Positions 1-14,526 of a stretch of 64,000 bases of DNA are shown here, piece after piece. Position 1 is the stretch's first letter. Every line of letters starts with the position of its first letter. Source of the DNA: the human T2T-CHM13v2.0 reference genome, Homo sapiens; the NCBI RefSeq assembly GCF_009914755.1, contig NC_060940.1. The stretch is one strand, 5' to 3'. The notes beneath the pieces were generated by a model. The model saw only the letters and a program-made list of their open reading frames with translations. It was not told where the DNA came from and searched no databases. A program made the position numbers and the translations under genes.

Positions 1-600
1 AAAGAGCCCCAAACCAGAAGTAACCCAGATGTTCTTCAGCAAGTGAATGGTTAAATAAACTGTGGTACATCCATAGTATGGAGTACTACTCAGCAATAAA
101 AAGATATGAGCTATGGATACACGCAACGACTTGGATGAATCCAGATAATGATGCTAAGTGAAAACGTAGTCAATTCTGAAATAATACATACTCTACAATT
201 CCATTGATATAGAATTCTTAAAGTGAGAAAATTATAGAAACAGAACACAGATTAATGGTTGCCAGGGGTTAGGGATGGGTCAGGGAGGAGGGTTAAAAAA
301 AGGCACCCAAGGCATGCTTGTGGTGATGGAACTCTTCCCTACCTTGACCATGGTGCTGGATGCTGGAACCTACCTGTAAGACAAAATTGCATAAAACAAA
401 TGAGCAAAACAAGGCATATCTGAGAATCAATGAATTGTATCAATGTCGATATCCTGGTTGTGATTTGACCCTATAATTTTGCAAGATGTTACCATTGGGG
501 AAAACGAGGTAAAGTCTACATGGAATCTCTTTGCATTATTTCTTACAACTGCTTTTGAATGTACAGTTTTCTCACAATAAAAAAGTCTTTAATTTAAAAA
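1..600 (+). mobile_element. Old L1 (L1MC/L1MD-like) 3' end
   Basis: ORF2-end motif 'aaactgtggtacatccatagtatggagtactactcagcaataaaaag' and L1MC-type 3'UTR 'gcaagatgttaccattggggaaa...ttatttcttacaactgc'. Confidence 0.8.
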
Positions 601-2031
601 AGTAATATTGTAAGTTCTTAACAAAACAAAACTGAATGGGTTAACCAAGGGTTTGACTCATTTTAACTAACTGCACTATTTGTTTATTTAGGCAATCACT
701 AGCCAAGCACTGATTGGCCAAATTCCACCTCCTTTCTTATGAATGAGTCCAGTGAGTTGCTCAGGGGCAACGCAGCCTAAATGTAGGCGATAGAAATGCT
801 ATGTGAGGAAATGGGGTTAAAGGTCTGGGCCAGAGTTGTGCACTCAGCAAGTTTATTTATTAGGGACCTCTTTGTACGTCCATTGGGAATGGTAATGAAG
901 ATTTAGTCTTATAGTACCTTCCTCGAGAACATCACTCTGGGTTTTGGATGGCCTTTACAAGAATAGTCAAGACTTGAGCAACTCACATCTGCTTGGGAAA
1001 TTCAAGCTTATTATCTCTAACTGGGGAGGCAGTAATGACTGTCATGGAAGAAGGAGACCTCAATTTAAGCAAACAGCTGTCTTTCGTTGACTACAGGAGG
1101 GTAAACAGGGCTCAAGTTGGCCCTTAGTGAACTGATCTATGGAAACATAGCTTAAACAGATTCTCTCATTGAGCACAGTGAGGAAAACACTCCTTGGCAG
1201 TTTCTAACCCTGCACAGGTAATGCACGGAGGCAAAGAAACTCTTTTTGTTTTGCTGGGGCCAGGCAAGATAAAGGGGCCCCATGCGTTAGTACCCTGCAT
1301 TTTAGCCCTTTCCCAGGGGCTGCCTGTGCATTGCTGCTCTCTCTTTTTAGGAAAGCTATTTGGAGCCCTATCCTGGCAGGGTTTGTGGTTTGTCCAGAGG
1401 AATCCCCTCTATCCTGTTCTTACCCAATTATCTGCTACTCAACTGGTGGACCCTCCAGTCAATTTCCCTTGGCACTGTGGGGTGGCTTAGTATTAAAATT
1501 CCACAGATTTTTCTCCTGCTCTTTGCAGTGGGGAGGACTCGACTGCAGCACTGTAGGGCTGTGCGAGCTTGCTCACTGGCGACAGTCAGCTGTGATTTTC
1601 CATCAGCTGCATCTCATTATCCCATCAAGGCTCCCTCCTGCCTATCGATGAGAAACACTGTGTAATCACTCCCAACTGACTGCAAATCACTCTGCACTCC
1701 TGTGTGAACCTTGGCCCATGACCACATGGCTCAGCCCGCCAAATGGTCCCTGGGCTGGGTCTGTGGACCCAGCACTGCTTTCATGGAGGGGGCTCCAGGA
1801 GCTTATATCACAAAGGCCATGCTTTCTTCTTGGGATGGAGTGGGAGAGAGGGGGCTGTGTTAAAGAGGGGCATTGGCTAGTCACAAAGCCCAGAGAACTA
1901 CAGGGTCAGATTCAGAATAGCTATCTCATGGAACTAGTTTTCAAGATGGAGAAAGGGCCATGCCTTTTCCTTTTATGGAGTCTAGAATCAACCAGTTGTT
2001 GGTGGTATAGACTTGATTTTTTCCAACAGAA

Positions 2032-2255
2032 ACAGTAAAGCATATTGGTTATAGAACTGAGACACTGAAGGCACACAGATCCAATTCAAGTCCTGATTCT
2101 GATAGTTACTGCCTATCTGACATTGGACCAGTTACTTAATCTGTCTGAGCCTTGGCTTTCCTATATCTGTAAAATGGGAAAAATATCAGTACCAAGCATT
2201 TAGAGATGTTTTAATGATTAAATGAGATAATAAATGCAAAATCTTTAGGACCCAC
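2032..2255 (+). mobile_element. MIR SINE
   Basis: MIR core 'gttacttaatctgtctgagccttggctttcctatatctgtaaaatggg' and 'gattaaatgagataat'. Confidence 0.85.
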
Positions 2256-3244
2256 TGAATGCCAATTGTTGATATGAGTAATACAATTTAAAATTGTGGA
2301 AGACACTTGTTACCTAGTAACAGATACCAGCACCCATTCTGTATCCTCTTTCTACCTAAAGTATTGGGGAAACAATAAAGATTCAAAGGCTCTTAGGGCC
2401 CCAGTTGTCTGTTGATGCTTTCAAGGGAAGAGTGGCTAGGTCTTTGGGGAAGTTCCTGTAATGAACAATCAATGCCTGGACAAAAGTCCTCTTGAGTAGT
2501 GAAGTCATTAGTGAAGACAACGGCACAGGAAAGTCATGATAATGTATGCATTATCATACAAGTCACGCAGTGTAGACAGTAAGTTGTGTGTATTGTTGGA
2601 GCAGATTCAGTGCTCAGTGTTTAAGCTATTTCTTGGATAGGTGGCTTTGTTTCTCATTTTCTATTTATCTTTATCATAATAAGGGAGAATTTTCTTTGGG
2701 GCTCTAATCTCCTGAAATGTTTGTACTTCTCCTGATAAGCCCTTTGATTTTGCCAGTTGGATGCTGCAAATCTTGGGATTGGCCATGCTTTCCTCTTTGT
2801 TTTGACTTCAGGGAAGTTCAGAGCCAGATCTCACTGAGCAAACATGGGTCACACCATGGTATATTTTGCATTTTTACCTCTTACCTGGTGCATGTTGGCT
2901 TTGCTGGTCATGGTCCAAATGTTTTTGTTTTGTGTTTGGTTGTGGTGCCGGTGGGGGAAATGCAGAATGCATGGATGCCTGTGGCTCCAGGTTTCCCCAC
3001 ATCATGGTACCGACTACAAATGGCTTGACACTTAATACAAGAAAATTCCAGAAGATATCAGCCAGTCAAGAAGAAAAACTCAACTTTTCCATTTAGCAGT
3101 TCCCTCCCTGGGAAGTTACTCCTCTTCCAGACCTTTATTTATTATTACTATTTTTTTTTTACCAATGTGCTTTTCATTTGGCATATTTGTGAACAGTTAG
3201 GTTTTATTCCTTTAACTGCAGTTGCAATAGGTATTAGTTATAAG

Positions 3245-5090
3245 CTTTAAAAATATTTGTCATATTATGAAATCTTTAAAGTATATAGAAAAATGCAGAC
3301 AATGATATAACTTAGCCAGTGCATTCATCACTCAACTTTGTTAAAATGTTTTTCTCTGCCATATTCACATTCATTTTTTTCCTAAATGATTCATTATTAC
3401 AGACAGTTGAAATCCACTGAATTTCTCATTCTGTTTTTCTCAGTCTCTTCTCAGAAGCAACTACCCTGAATTTGCTGATTATTAATCTAATTCATAATTT
3501 TATACTTTTACTAAATATAGAAATACCCATAAACAACATAATAGTGTTGTTTTTATATTTGAAATTTTACATAACCAACAACTTCCTATAGTCTTCTTTT
3601 TCTATGTACTATTATGTTTGGCAGATCAATTCATTTTGATAGGTATATATTTCTAGTTGATTTATCTGCTTAGGAGTATTTCACTGCATAAATATGCAAT
3701 TAATGTATCTATTCTCCTATTGATGCACGTCTACAGGGCTTTCCATTTTTGGCTATTATGAACATCTTAGGTTATAGCACTACACATTCCAGTACCTGCA
3801 CATCATACATATGTACAAAGCTTTCTCCAGGGCATATTCCTGGGAGTTGCTGGGTCTCAGTTATGCCTATCTTTAATTTTGCTAGATTTTGCAAAACTAC
3901 TCTCCCAAATGATTTTAAAAATTTACACACTGAACAAGAAAGTATGAGAATTTTCTTTGTTCTGCATTCTTGCCAACACTTGGTATTGTTAGACTTTTCA
4001 ATTCTAAACTATCTTATGTGTGTGGAATGGTATCTTAGTGTTGATTTTCTTTGTTATTAGTGAGACTGGTCATCTTTTCACTCACGCATTAGTCTTTTGG
4101 GTTTTCTGTTCTAACACTTGTCCATTCATAAATTTTGCTCATTTTATTATTGCCTTCTTTGCATTTCTTTATTAGTTGTAAGATATTCTGTATATCAGCC
4201 CTTAGATAGTGGATTGCTGATATCTTCTCTGAGGCCTTTTGGCTTTGTTTTATTTTGTTGTATGGAATTTTCAAATTTTAATAAAGGCAAAGTTATCATT
4301 AATTTTCTTTAAAGAAATAATAATGCACTTGAGCAATGGTTGAGAACTCTACTATTACGAGGCATAAAGATAATACTCTTCTACATATTCCACTACATTT
4401 TTGGTTCTGATTTTCACATTTAGGTCTTAATCCATTTGGAATAATTTTTTTGTGCATGGAGTGAGAAAGTGATTGGTTCTATTTATCTTCTTTTGGAAAA
4501 CCAGCTGCACCAGGACTATTGATTATGTAGTTCACTTTCCCTTTGCTGATTTCTATGGCCATTATATTCTATGTTACATTTCCATAAATGCTTGGATCTG
4601 TTTTGGAGTTTCCTATTCAATCTCATTGGTCTGTATTTTCACCTTATAATGATGACTTACCTTGATACCTGGTAAGTCCCTTGGTTTTTTCTACTTATTC
4701 AAAATTTTCTTTATTACAGCCTCTTTTATCTCTCATGTGAAATTTTAGTATTATCTTCTCAAGTTCCTTGTTGGGATTTTATAGGAATTACTTTGAATTT
4801 AAATATTGATTCATTTGGGAAGAACTGTCAGTTTATAATCTGATCACCCATAACTATGATCTACATCTTCAGATACTGATTTTTTTTATGACGTAAGGTA
4901 ACATATTCTATTTTTTTCCACAGAAAGTGTACATTTTCGTTAGTTTTTTTCTCTACACATTTGGGTTGCCATTATAAATCACACCCGATTTAATAAATAC
5001 ATTTTGTAATTATGTGATGTCAGATAAATAAGAACACAATTGATTTTTGTATGGCACCCTCCTATTAGTTTCAATAGTTTGTATCTAAAA
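3245..5090 (-). mobile_element. Highly diverged L1 (L1ME-like), antisense
   Basis: T-rich, with antisense L1 motifs such as 'ttcttgccaacacttggtattgttagacttt' and 'ttcacatttaggtcttaatccatttggaataatttt'. Confidence 0.75.
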
Positions 5091-5274
5091 TGCTGTCAAA
5101 CATATGAGTGGAATAGGGATATGCCAAAATGTTGAATTAGTTGCTTCTAGGTGAAGTGATTATGGGTGATTTTCTATTTGATTTGACTCTTTACACTTTT
5201 CAATACTTTTAATTTTTGTACAATAGGTATCATCTCTTTAATAATTGAGAAAAAATGAAAATTAAATAACAATA

Positions 5275-5445
5275 GTAAAGATAATAGCCATCATTTAATT
5301 GGCATCCAAAACTTGTCAAGCATGTGCTAAATGCTTCATACACATAAGTTAATTTTAATCCTGACAATCATTTTGCATAGAAGATGCTGCTTGTCACATT
5401 TTCAAATGGGGAAGCTGAGGCACAGAGCAACTTACCTAAATATTT
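5275..5445 (-). mobile_element. MIR SINE
   Basis: 'cattttcaaatggggaagctgaggcacagag' is the reverse MIR core. Confidence 0.75.
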
Positions 5446-5881
5446 GCCAGTGAATCAAATGGTTCAGCTGAGTTTCGTGGTAATATTTTGTACTCTAGTC
5501 CAACTTAGAAGGACACATTCTTATAGTAAATTCTTCTTTTCTGCATTCAGTCTGTAAAGGTCTAGATGGACCCCAGAGAAACAGTTTTCCAAAGAATTCA
5601 TGCGGCCCCCTCTGCAAGCGGAAGAGGGGAGGCCAGGCTTGGCGGTGACTACTTGGACTAAGGATTTCGAAAATTAAGATTTAAAAAGTGTCAAAGGATG
5701 AGAGATGCCCCGGAAGGCCAGAGCTTTTATAAGTTCCTTAACTTGCAACCATCCCTTACTCAGGAAACGAAGCATTGGACCTAGTAATTTACAACATTAG
5801 AAAAAGGAAGTCTGTTCCTCTGAGGGTGAAAATTTTCCTTTGCCCTCAGCTTCCCTAAAGTTTAAAGATCATAAATATGAC

Positions 5882-6226
<345 letters not shown>

Positions 6227-6275
6227 CTACAATACAGACCAGGAAACATGGGATGAGTTAAAGTAACTTATTGCC

Positions 6276-7364
<1,089 letters not shown>

Positions 7365-7629
7365 AAAGTAACTTATTGCCTTTGTAACTCTTTCCCCAGT
7401 GCATTAATGATCACCGGAAAGTTAAAATACAGTTTTAGGTAATTGCATTCAAGTCTCCAAACCAGGTTTTCCAACTGGATAACCATCTAGAAGCTACCAC
7501 TGGAAGAATCTTTAGCAACCATTATTACCAAGCCCAAAATCTCACAATCTTACCGTATTTCCCTTCTAGCTTTTCTTCTTTTGTTGCCCCCAGTTCCCTC
7601 CTCTCTTCTCCCCTCCCCTTTCCTCCTTC

Positions 7630-7850
7630 CTAAGACTGTGATGACTTTTGTAGGCCCTGGGCACTTTATGGGTCACTTTCTCCAATAAATAAATTTAAAA
7701 ACTGCATTTCATGAAAGCATTGGTATATGAATAAATATGATACAGGTAGGCTTCAATAGTACATATTTATTATTATATTCACTTTTTTCTTCTGACTTTA
7801 AAGAAAAATAAAGTTAAAACATTGACGTGGACCCCTAAAAGTATCATAGT
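7630..7850 (-). mobile_element. hAT-Tip100-type MITE (MER91-like) fragment
   Basis: 'tattatattcacttttttcttctgactttaaagaaa...acgtggacccctaaaagtatc' resembles a recalled consensus; family uncertain. Confidence 0.45.
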
Positions 7851-7892
7851 CTCTAATTAATGGGCCTCTTCTATCTAGTGGAGAAGGCAACC

Positions 7893-8315
7893 CCACTTCT
7901 TCCCTCTCTCCCTTTCCTCCTCCCTTTCTAATTTTCTCTCTCTCCTTTTCTTCTTTCCTCCCTGCCTCCCTCCTTTTCCTTCCTTCCTTCCTTCTTTCCT
8001 TCCTCCCTCTTTCTTTCCACTTTTTCTTTCTTCCTCTCTTTCTTTCCTTTTTCTTCTTTGCTTTCTTTTCCTTTTATCTTTCTTTCTTTCTTTTCTTTCT
8101 CCTCCCTCCCTCCTTCCCTCTCTTCCTTCCTTCTTTCCTTCCTTCCCTCCTTTCTTTCTCTTTCTTCCTTCCTTTCTTTCTTCTCCTTCCTTCCTCTCTT
8201 TTCTCCTTTTCTTTCTTTTATTTTTCTTATTTCTTTCTTTCTTCTTCTTTTCTCTTTCTTGCTCACTCTCTCTTCCTTCTCCTCTCCTTTTCTTTCCTTT
8301 CTTTCCTTCCTTTCT
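7893..8315. repeat. Polypyrimidine (CTTT/CCTT/CTT) low-complexity tract
   Basis: About 420 bp almost entirely C/T. Confidence 0.97.
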
Positions 8316-9582
8316 CACCAACAGTTGGCATACTCACTAAGCAAAACATGTTTTCAGTTTCTTCTATATCTTGCTTGCAATCATTTCTCTTCTAAGAAAT
8401 GAGGAAGTCATTTTCTTTCATATTTCTTTTAAAAAATGAAATATAATTGTAAGGGTTTCTTTCTGGAATCTTAAAAGATTTTTTGTTGTTGTTCTATCAT
8501 GGGTAGTTTGGATTATCTGTTTTCCTTTTATTTCAGCATCATCTGTGCACTCCAATATTTATGAGAAACCCACAAAGATCCTTTGGCAATGTTTCCAACA
8601 CTGGCTCAACTTCTGGTGCACTGAGCTGTCCTTTAGAGTTCAGATTGCCAGGGCTTCTGCTGGTGCAGCGGATGACATGGAATTTTAAAAATTAAGAAGC
8701 ACATGCACTATCTTATCATTCAAAAACAAAAGCCACTTGAGATACGTGGCTACCAAAGGGAGTCCACGCAAGCCTGGCGGTTTCCCTCTTACTACTCAAA
8801 GCAGCAGCTGGAGTTCCACAGCTGTTTTCCATTGCTCTTGGAGCATTACACATGCATTCGGAAATGACCCTTAGGAGTCAAGCGGCCTTCTTTTTGTTTG
8901 CTTTTCTAGAAGATAACTTTCCCAATATAGCACTGGAGTCAAAAGCAAGAATTCAGGGTTGGAAACTCAGTCTATGCAATGGCCCAAAGGTCTTGGGCCA
9001 TTCAAATTGCAAAACTGTGAATCTTCTGGGTCTGGTAGGGGGGCCAGGGAGGGTTGAGCTTGGCTATCCTTGGCCATGGGCTGGTGATATGCAACATAAC
9101 CTCAGAATGTACTCCAGGCTTGAGTGAACAGACAATTTAATAATGATTGTGACAGGCCTTCCTCTATGACATGTTCCAGCCTCATGGTGAAAGGACAATG
9201 GTTTTCAGTATACCTGACCTTGGATGCCAAGTACCTGAAGATTGAGACCTAAAATAAACTGTGGGCTGAAACCTTAGAGTGTGTGTTATTTATATAATGC
9301 AGGGTCTCACTATGTTTAACATCTTTTCACATCATGCAGTGGGTGCTAGATAAGGAGAATCAAAATAGTCATCTTTTTAAGGACTAATGAGTGGAACGGT
9401 TCAGTAAATAATTTGGGGAAAATCTCCTTCACCACTTTCCTTGATGCACCCTTTATTATTTGGTTCTTATATTAACAGAGACTCTTTACTGAGCAACTGC
9501 AAAGATCCAGACAGCAAGCTAAGTCAGAGTTGCATGAGCATTGGGTTTAGAGAGCTGCAAAAATATTTACAAGTAGGCATCA

Positions 9583-9808
9583 CTGGGCACAATGGCTGAT
9601 GCCTGTAATCCTAGTACTTTGGGAAGCCAAGGGTGTGGATCATGATCACTTGAGCCCAGCAGTTTGAGACAACCTGGGCAACATAGTGAGACTTTGTCCC
9701 TACCAAAAAAGAAAAGAAACAAAAAAAAATGGCCAGGTGTGATTGCGACCACCTGTAGTCCCACCTACTAGGGAGGTTGAGGCTGTAGTGAGCCATGATT
9801 GCACCACT
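9583..9808 (+). mobile_element. AluJ, internally deleted and 3'-truncated
   Basis: J-type 'cacttgagcccagcagtttgagacaacctgggcaacatagtgagac'; right arm jumps from gggagg to 'ttgaggctgtagtgagcc'. Confidence 0.9.
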
Positions 9809-10254
9809 AATAAACAAAAATCCAGTAGCCATCATTATCTTAACTCATTGTGAAAAATCTGAGTCTCACAGAAGAAGTCATAAAAGACTATGAATTCATA
9901 AAAGAATTCATAGTTGATTCTTAAGCTTAAATCTGTGAGATTGCTCGATTTCTAAGTAAAATGTTTAGGGATGAAAAAAATTAAAGATATTTCCACTTCC
10001 AGAGGGTACTTGAATAATCATCTTCCTTTTTACCTGGGCGAGAAACTTTCTCCTAGAAAACTGCTAAAGAGTATGTACTTCTGCTTTTACTCAATGCAAA
10101 GTCCACTGGACTTGGAATTGAGAACGTGGGGTAGGCATCCTGAATCTGTTTATTATGACTTGGTGTAGGTGTAGGTCAGAAGAATACTAAGAAACAGAAC
10201 TCACCTTTTCTTCCCAGGACTGTAAAGATTGCCTTGTTCATCCTCCCAGCAATG

Positions 10255-10590
10255 CTAGAAGGTTGGTATTATTGTTGTCTATTTAACAAATGAAGATTTT
10301 TAACTAAACGGACTGAATAGCTTCTCTAAGCTCACAAAGGCCATGAGAAAGGGGCCCAGGATTTGAAGAACATCAACACTGCCTATTTCCAAAACTCCTC
10401 AACTCTCCCATCTGCTACCTTGCCTGGCACAAATTACTTTTTGAGCCTCCTCTTCTTTGCCTGTGAAGTAGGAATGATAATATCTTCTTTGTGCTGTTGT
10501 TGTGCTATTGTGTGTGTTAAATACTGTATTCTACACAAAGATGCTCAGGAAAGTACTTCACACACAGTCAGTGAGTGATACATACTAATT
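10255..10590. mobile_element. Two MIR fragments in opposite orientations
   Basis: 'ggtattattgttgtctatttaacaaatgaag' (minus) and 'ttgagcctcctcttctttgcctgtgaagtaggaatgataata' (plus). Confidence 0.6.
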
Positions 10591-10684
10591 GCTTTGAAAT
10601 CAAAGTTTCATTTGCAAGTTGCTTTTGAATCTTTTGTCTCAAACACAGCTTCTTGAATCAAATGCAGACTTAAGTAAAACCTAA

Positions 10685-11050
<366 letters not shown>

Positions 11051-11264
11051 TAATGGAGAGCACCTTGGGCAACTCTGCCAAAACTTGTGCTGCACGTCTC
11101 CAATTAAAGTCTAGCTTTGTTGGTCCAAAGAAAATATTGCTTTCTAAATAACATGAATTTGATTTCCTTAAATGAGTATTTAAATGATGTCTGGATTTTG
11201 AAAACAGCAAGGAGCTGTTCTTTGCATCTTCTGAGAAATTTTTTTTTTTCTTTAAAAAAAAAAA

Positions 11265-11835
11265 CAATTTCAACTTCCTTTGAGATTCAGAGGGTCCATG
11301 GGCAGGTTTGTTTTCTGGTTATATTGTGTGATGCCAAGGTTTAAGAAATGATTGATCTTGTCACCCAGATAGTCAGCAGAGTATTCAATAGTGAGTTTTT
11401 CAACCTTGCCCCCTCTCTTCCTCCCTCCTCTAGTGGTCCCCAGTGTCCATCGTTCTTATCTTTATGTCCATGAGTACACAGTGTTTAGCCCCCACCTATA
11501 AGCGTCAACATGTGATATTTATTTTTCTGTTCCTGCATTAATTTGCTTAGGAAATGGCCTCTGACTGCAACCATATTACTGTAAAGGACATGATTTCATT
11601 CTTTCTTATGGCTACATAGTATTCCATATGTTACATACCATATTTTCTTTTTCCAGTCCACAACTGATGGGCACCTAAGTTGATTCCATCTTTGCTATTT
11701 TGAATACTGTTGTAATGAACATACACGTGCATGTGTATTTTTGGTAGAATAATTCATTTTCTTTTGGCTATCTACTCAGTAACGAGATTGCTGGGTTGAA
11801 TGGTAGTTCTGTTTTACATTCTTTGAGAAATCTCA
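11265..11835 (-). mobile_element. L1PA15/16-like 3' end
   Basis: Antisense 3'UTR 'gattcagagggtccatgggcaggtttg...gtcacccagatagtcagc', and 'aaaggacatgatttcattctttcttatggctacatagtattcc'. Confidence 0.9.
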
Positions 11836-12256
11836 CTGAGCAATTTTTGGTCTGAGTCAACAGAAATGTTGCTTATCTCTCTGTTCCTAACATCTGGGCA
11901 GCCCCTAACCCCTGTCCAACCCAGAGACAATTTGGGAGATTTTAGGGAAAATTTTAAAAGATGGTTGCCAAACCCTAAGCCAAGAACTTTACAATTTTAT
12001 TGGTTTAAAATAGTTTTTTAAAAATGACTATTTTTGAGGTTCTTCAGGTGATGTATACAGCCAGAAATGAGAGCCATTCTACTAAACTGGTTTTTTTACA
12101 GCTCTGCAAAATTGCCATTTCTCCTCAAAACTGGGTCTTTGCGCACACCGTTTGCTCTTCCCAGAACTCTGTTCCCTCTAGGTTTCACCTAGCTAGATCA
12201 TATTCATCTATCAGTCCAAAAATAAATAATGCTTTCAATGAAAAATCTTCCCTTCC

Positions 12257-12906
12257 TGTGGTGAGCAGACCTTAGGGTGGTCCTGTGATTCCAGCCCTCG
12301 TATTCAGAGCCTGTGTAATCCCCTCTTCTTGAGTTGGGTGAGACCTGTGCCTTGCCTCTGGCCAATAGAATATGGCAGAGGTGAAAGGTTTTGCAGATAT
12401 AATTAAGCTCCAAAATAAATCAATTTTTAGTTAGTTAAAAGACTATCCTGCCCCTCTGGGCCTGACTAAATCAGGTAAAAGCCTTTGAGAGAGACACTGG
12501 GTCTTCCCAAAGAGAGACTTTCCTTGTGGGCTTGATAATGTAAGTGGCCATAGTCATGATGGAGAAGTCCCTGGGGCAAGGAACTGTGGGCTGCCCTAGG
12601 GGCCTATGGGTTCCCTCCAGTCAATGGCCAAGAAAGGCCAATACCTCCAATTTTACCACCACAAGGAAATCAATTCTGCCAACAACTCAAAAGGGCTTGG
12701 AAGTAAAAATTCCCCCCATTTAAGCCTTCAGATGAGAATGCAGCTCAGTGGACACCTCGTTTGCTGCCTTGTGAAACCCTGAGCAGAGGACCCAGTTAAG
12801 CTGTACTTGGACTCTCAACCTACAGACACTGGTAGATAATAAACATGTGTTATTTTAAGACATTAAGTTCATGGTAATTTATTATGCTGTGATAGACAAC
12901 TAATAC
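12257..12906 (+). mobile_element. MLT1E-like solo LTR (ERVL-MaLR)
   Basis: Starts tgtgg; 'ccaatagaatatggcagaggtga', 'ccttcagatgagaatgcagc'; ends 'aataaacatgtgttattttaag...gacaactaatac'. Confidence 0.88.
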
Positions 12907-12977
12907 CTCTCCGGTATTCTCCCTCACGTATGTTTTCTTGGACTCCTGGAATTGTTCACAGCACTTAGCACAGTTTT

Positions 12978-13289
12978 TTGTTTTTTGTTTGTTTGTTTGT
13001 TTGTTTTTGAGACAGAGTCTCACCCTGTCGCCCAGGCTGGAGTGCACTGGTGTGATCTTAGCTCACTGCAAGCTCCGCCTCCCAGGTTCACACCATTCTC
13101 CTGCCTCAGCCTCCTGAGTAGCTGGGACAGCAGGAGCCCGCCACCATGCCCGGCTGATTTTTTGTATTTTTAGTAAAGGTGGGGTTTCACTGTGTTACCC
13201 AGGATGGTCTCAATCTTCTGACCTCATGATCCACACACCTCGGCCTCCCAAGGTCCTGGGATTGCAGATGTGAGCCACTGCACCCGGCC
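12978..13289 (-). mobile_element. AluY
   Basis: 'gcaagctccgcctcccaggttcacaccattctc'; TSD agcacagtttt at 12967-12977 and 13290-13300. Confidence 0.95.
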
Positions 13290-13560
13290 AGCACAGTTTT
13301 AAATGTTGATTCAAAGTCTGTTTTTCCTGATAGATAGTAAGCTTGGTGAGCACTGGGTCCTTTGCTATCTTTCTCACTACTCTGACCCTAGCACTTCATT
13401 GAGTACCTGACACCTATATAGTAGGTTCTCAATAATTGTCATTACATGAATGGACACATGAACCAATGAACCATGCTATCTTTCTGCTCCAGTCTTCCCA
13501 CCAAGTCCTATCCAAATTCCCCTTTTGGTCTGTCTTCTGGCATCTCCCCTTGCATTAGAG

Positions 13561-14050
13561 CAGGGGCTAGTATGCTATGACTCTCAGGCCAAATCTAGCC
13601 TGACACCTAACACTTACAAACTTTGGCCTATGAGTGAATCATTGCTTTTGCATTTTTAAATGATTAGACATTTTTAAAAATAATACAATTTCATGACAGG
13701 AAATGATTCTATGAAATTCAAGTTTCAAAGTCTGGGAATAAAGTTGTTTTGTTTCTCATTCTTTTGAGACGGGGTCTCACTATGTTGCCCAAGCTGTTCT
13801 TGAACTTCTGGGCTCAAGCAATCCTCCCTCTTCAATCTCCTGAGTAGCAAGGAATACAGCCATCCACCACCGTGCCCAGCTTACAAATCAAGTTTTATTG
13901 GAACATAGTCACGTGCATTTTTGTATGTATTGCCTGTGCTAACTTTCATGCTACAATGGCAGAGTTAAATAATTGAAACAGAAACCATGTAGTGCACACA
14001 GACAGAAATATCTAGCCCTTTAGAGTAGAAAAAAAGCTTGTCAGTTTCTG
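13561..14050. mobile_element. MER58B-like hAT-Charlie MITE, interrupted by an Alu monomer
   Basis: caggg terminus, 'ggccaaatctagcc', 'aagttttattggaacatagtcacg', 'gctacaatggcagagtt'. Confidence 0.85.
13745..13881 (-). mobile_element. FLAM (free left Alu monomer)
   Basis: 'gagacggggtctcactatgttgcccaagctgttcttgaacttctgggctcaagcaatcc'; degenerate TSD aataaagtt/aatcaagtt. Confidence 0.88.
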
Positions 14051-14097
14051 ATATAGAGCTCAAGAATTATGGATGAAGACGGTAGAGTCAGAATCAG

Positions 14098-14100
<3 letters not shown>

Positions 14101-14132
<32 letters not shown>
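14101..14132. repeat. Pure T32 run
   Basis: Directly visible; no adjacent SINE or LINE body. Confidence 0.98.
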
Positions 14133-14526
14133 CTACCAGCTGGTCCAGGCAGTGAAGCATGAGAGCTTTGCGACATGAAGTAGTGTGGCATCTCAGGGCC
14201 TACCTGCCTCAGGAACAGCTGGAGGAGGCAGCATTGGTGCAGATATGAGCATGAAGAGGCAACAATACTGTGGGTTAGGTGCCATCTTCCAATGTCTTTC
14301 TGGACGAAGATCATCAATAGCATTTAGGCAGAGTCCCAAGGACAACTTGATGATCCCATAGGACATCTCCTGGAGCCTCTCAGAAATTACTGGGGCAAAT
14401 TCTAGAAAGGTTTAGGGTCTCTATGATATGTCAATAGAGATGAAAGAGCAAAAGTTTACATTAAGATCAATGTGACTTTATTCAAACTCACTGTAAGTTG
14501 AGGATAGGGAGAACTCCCCTGTCAGT

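Larger units (their letters stand above)
12075..13470 (+). mobile_element. L2 3' region interrupted by an MLT1 LTR and an AluY
   Basis: 'gggtctttgcgcacaccgtttgctcttcccagaac' resumes after the inserts and ends 'gtaggttctcaataattgtcattacatgaatg'. Confidence 0.7.

Noticed and set aside
1194-3096. Overlapping 60-106 aa ORFs in unique sequence
   Set aside because: No recognisable domain or coherent exon structure; lengths expected by chance with alternative start codons.
5595-5735. CpG- and ETS-motif patch as a promoter
   Set aside because: Too short and sparse for a CpG island; no downstream exon evidence.
7875-8402. Lys/Arg/Glu-rich and Phe/Ser/Leu-rich ORFs of 112-148 aa
   Set aside because: Translations of a C/T-only tract that cannot contain stop codons.
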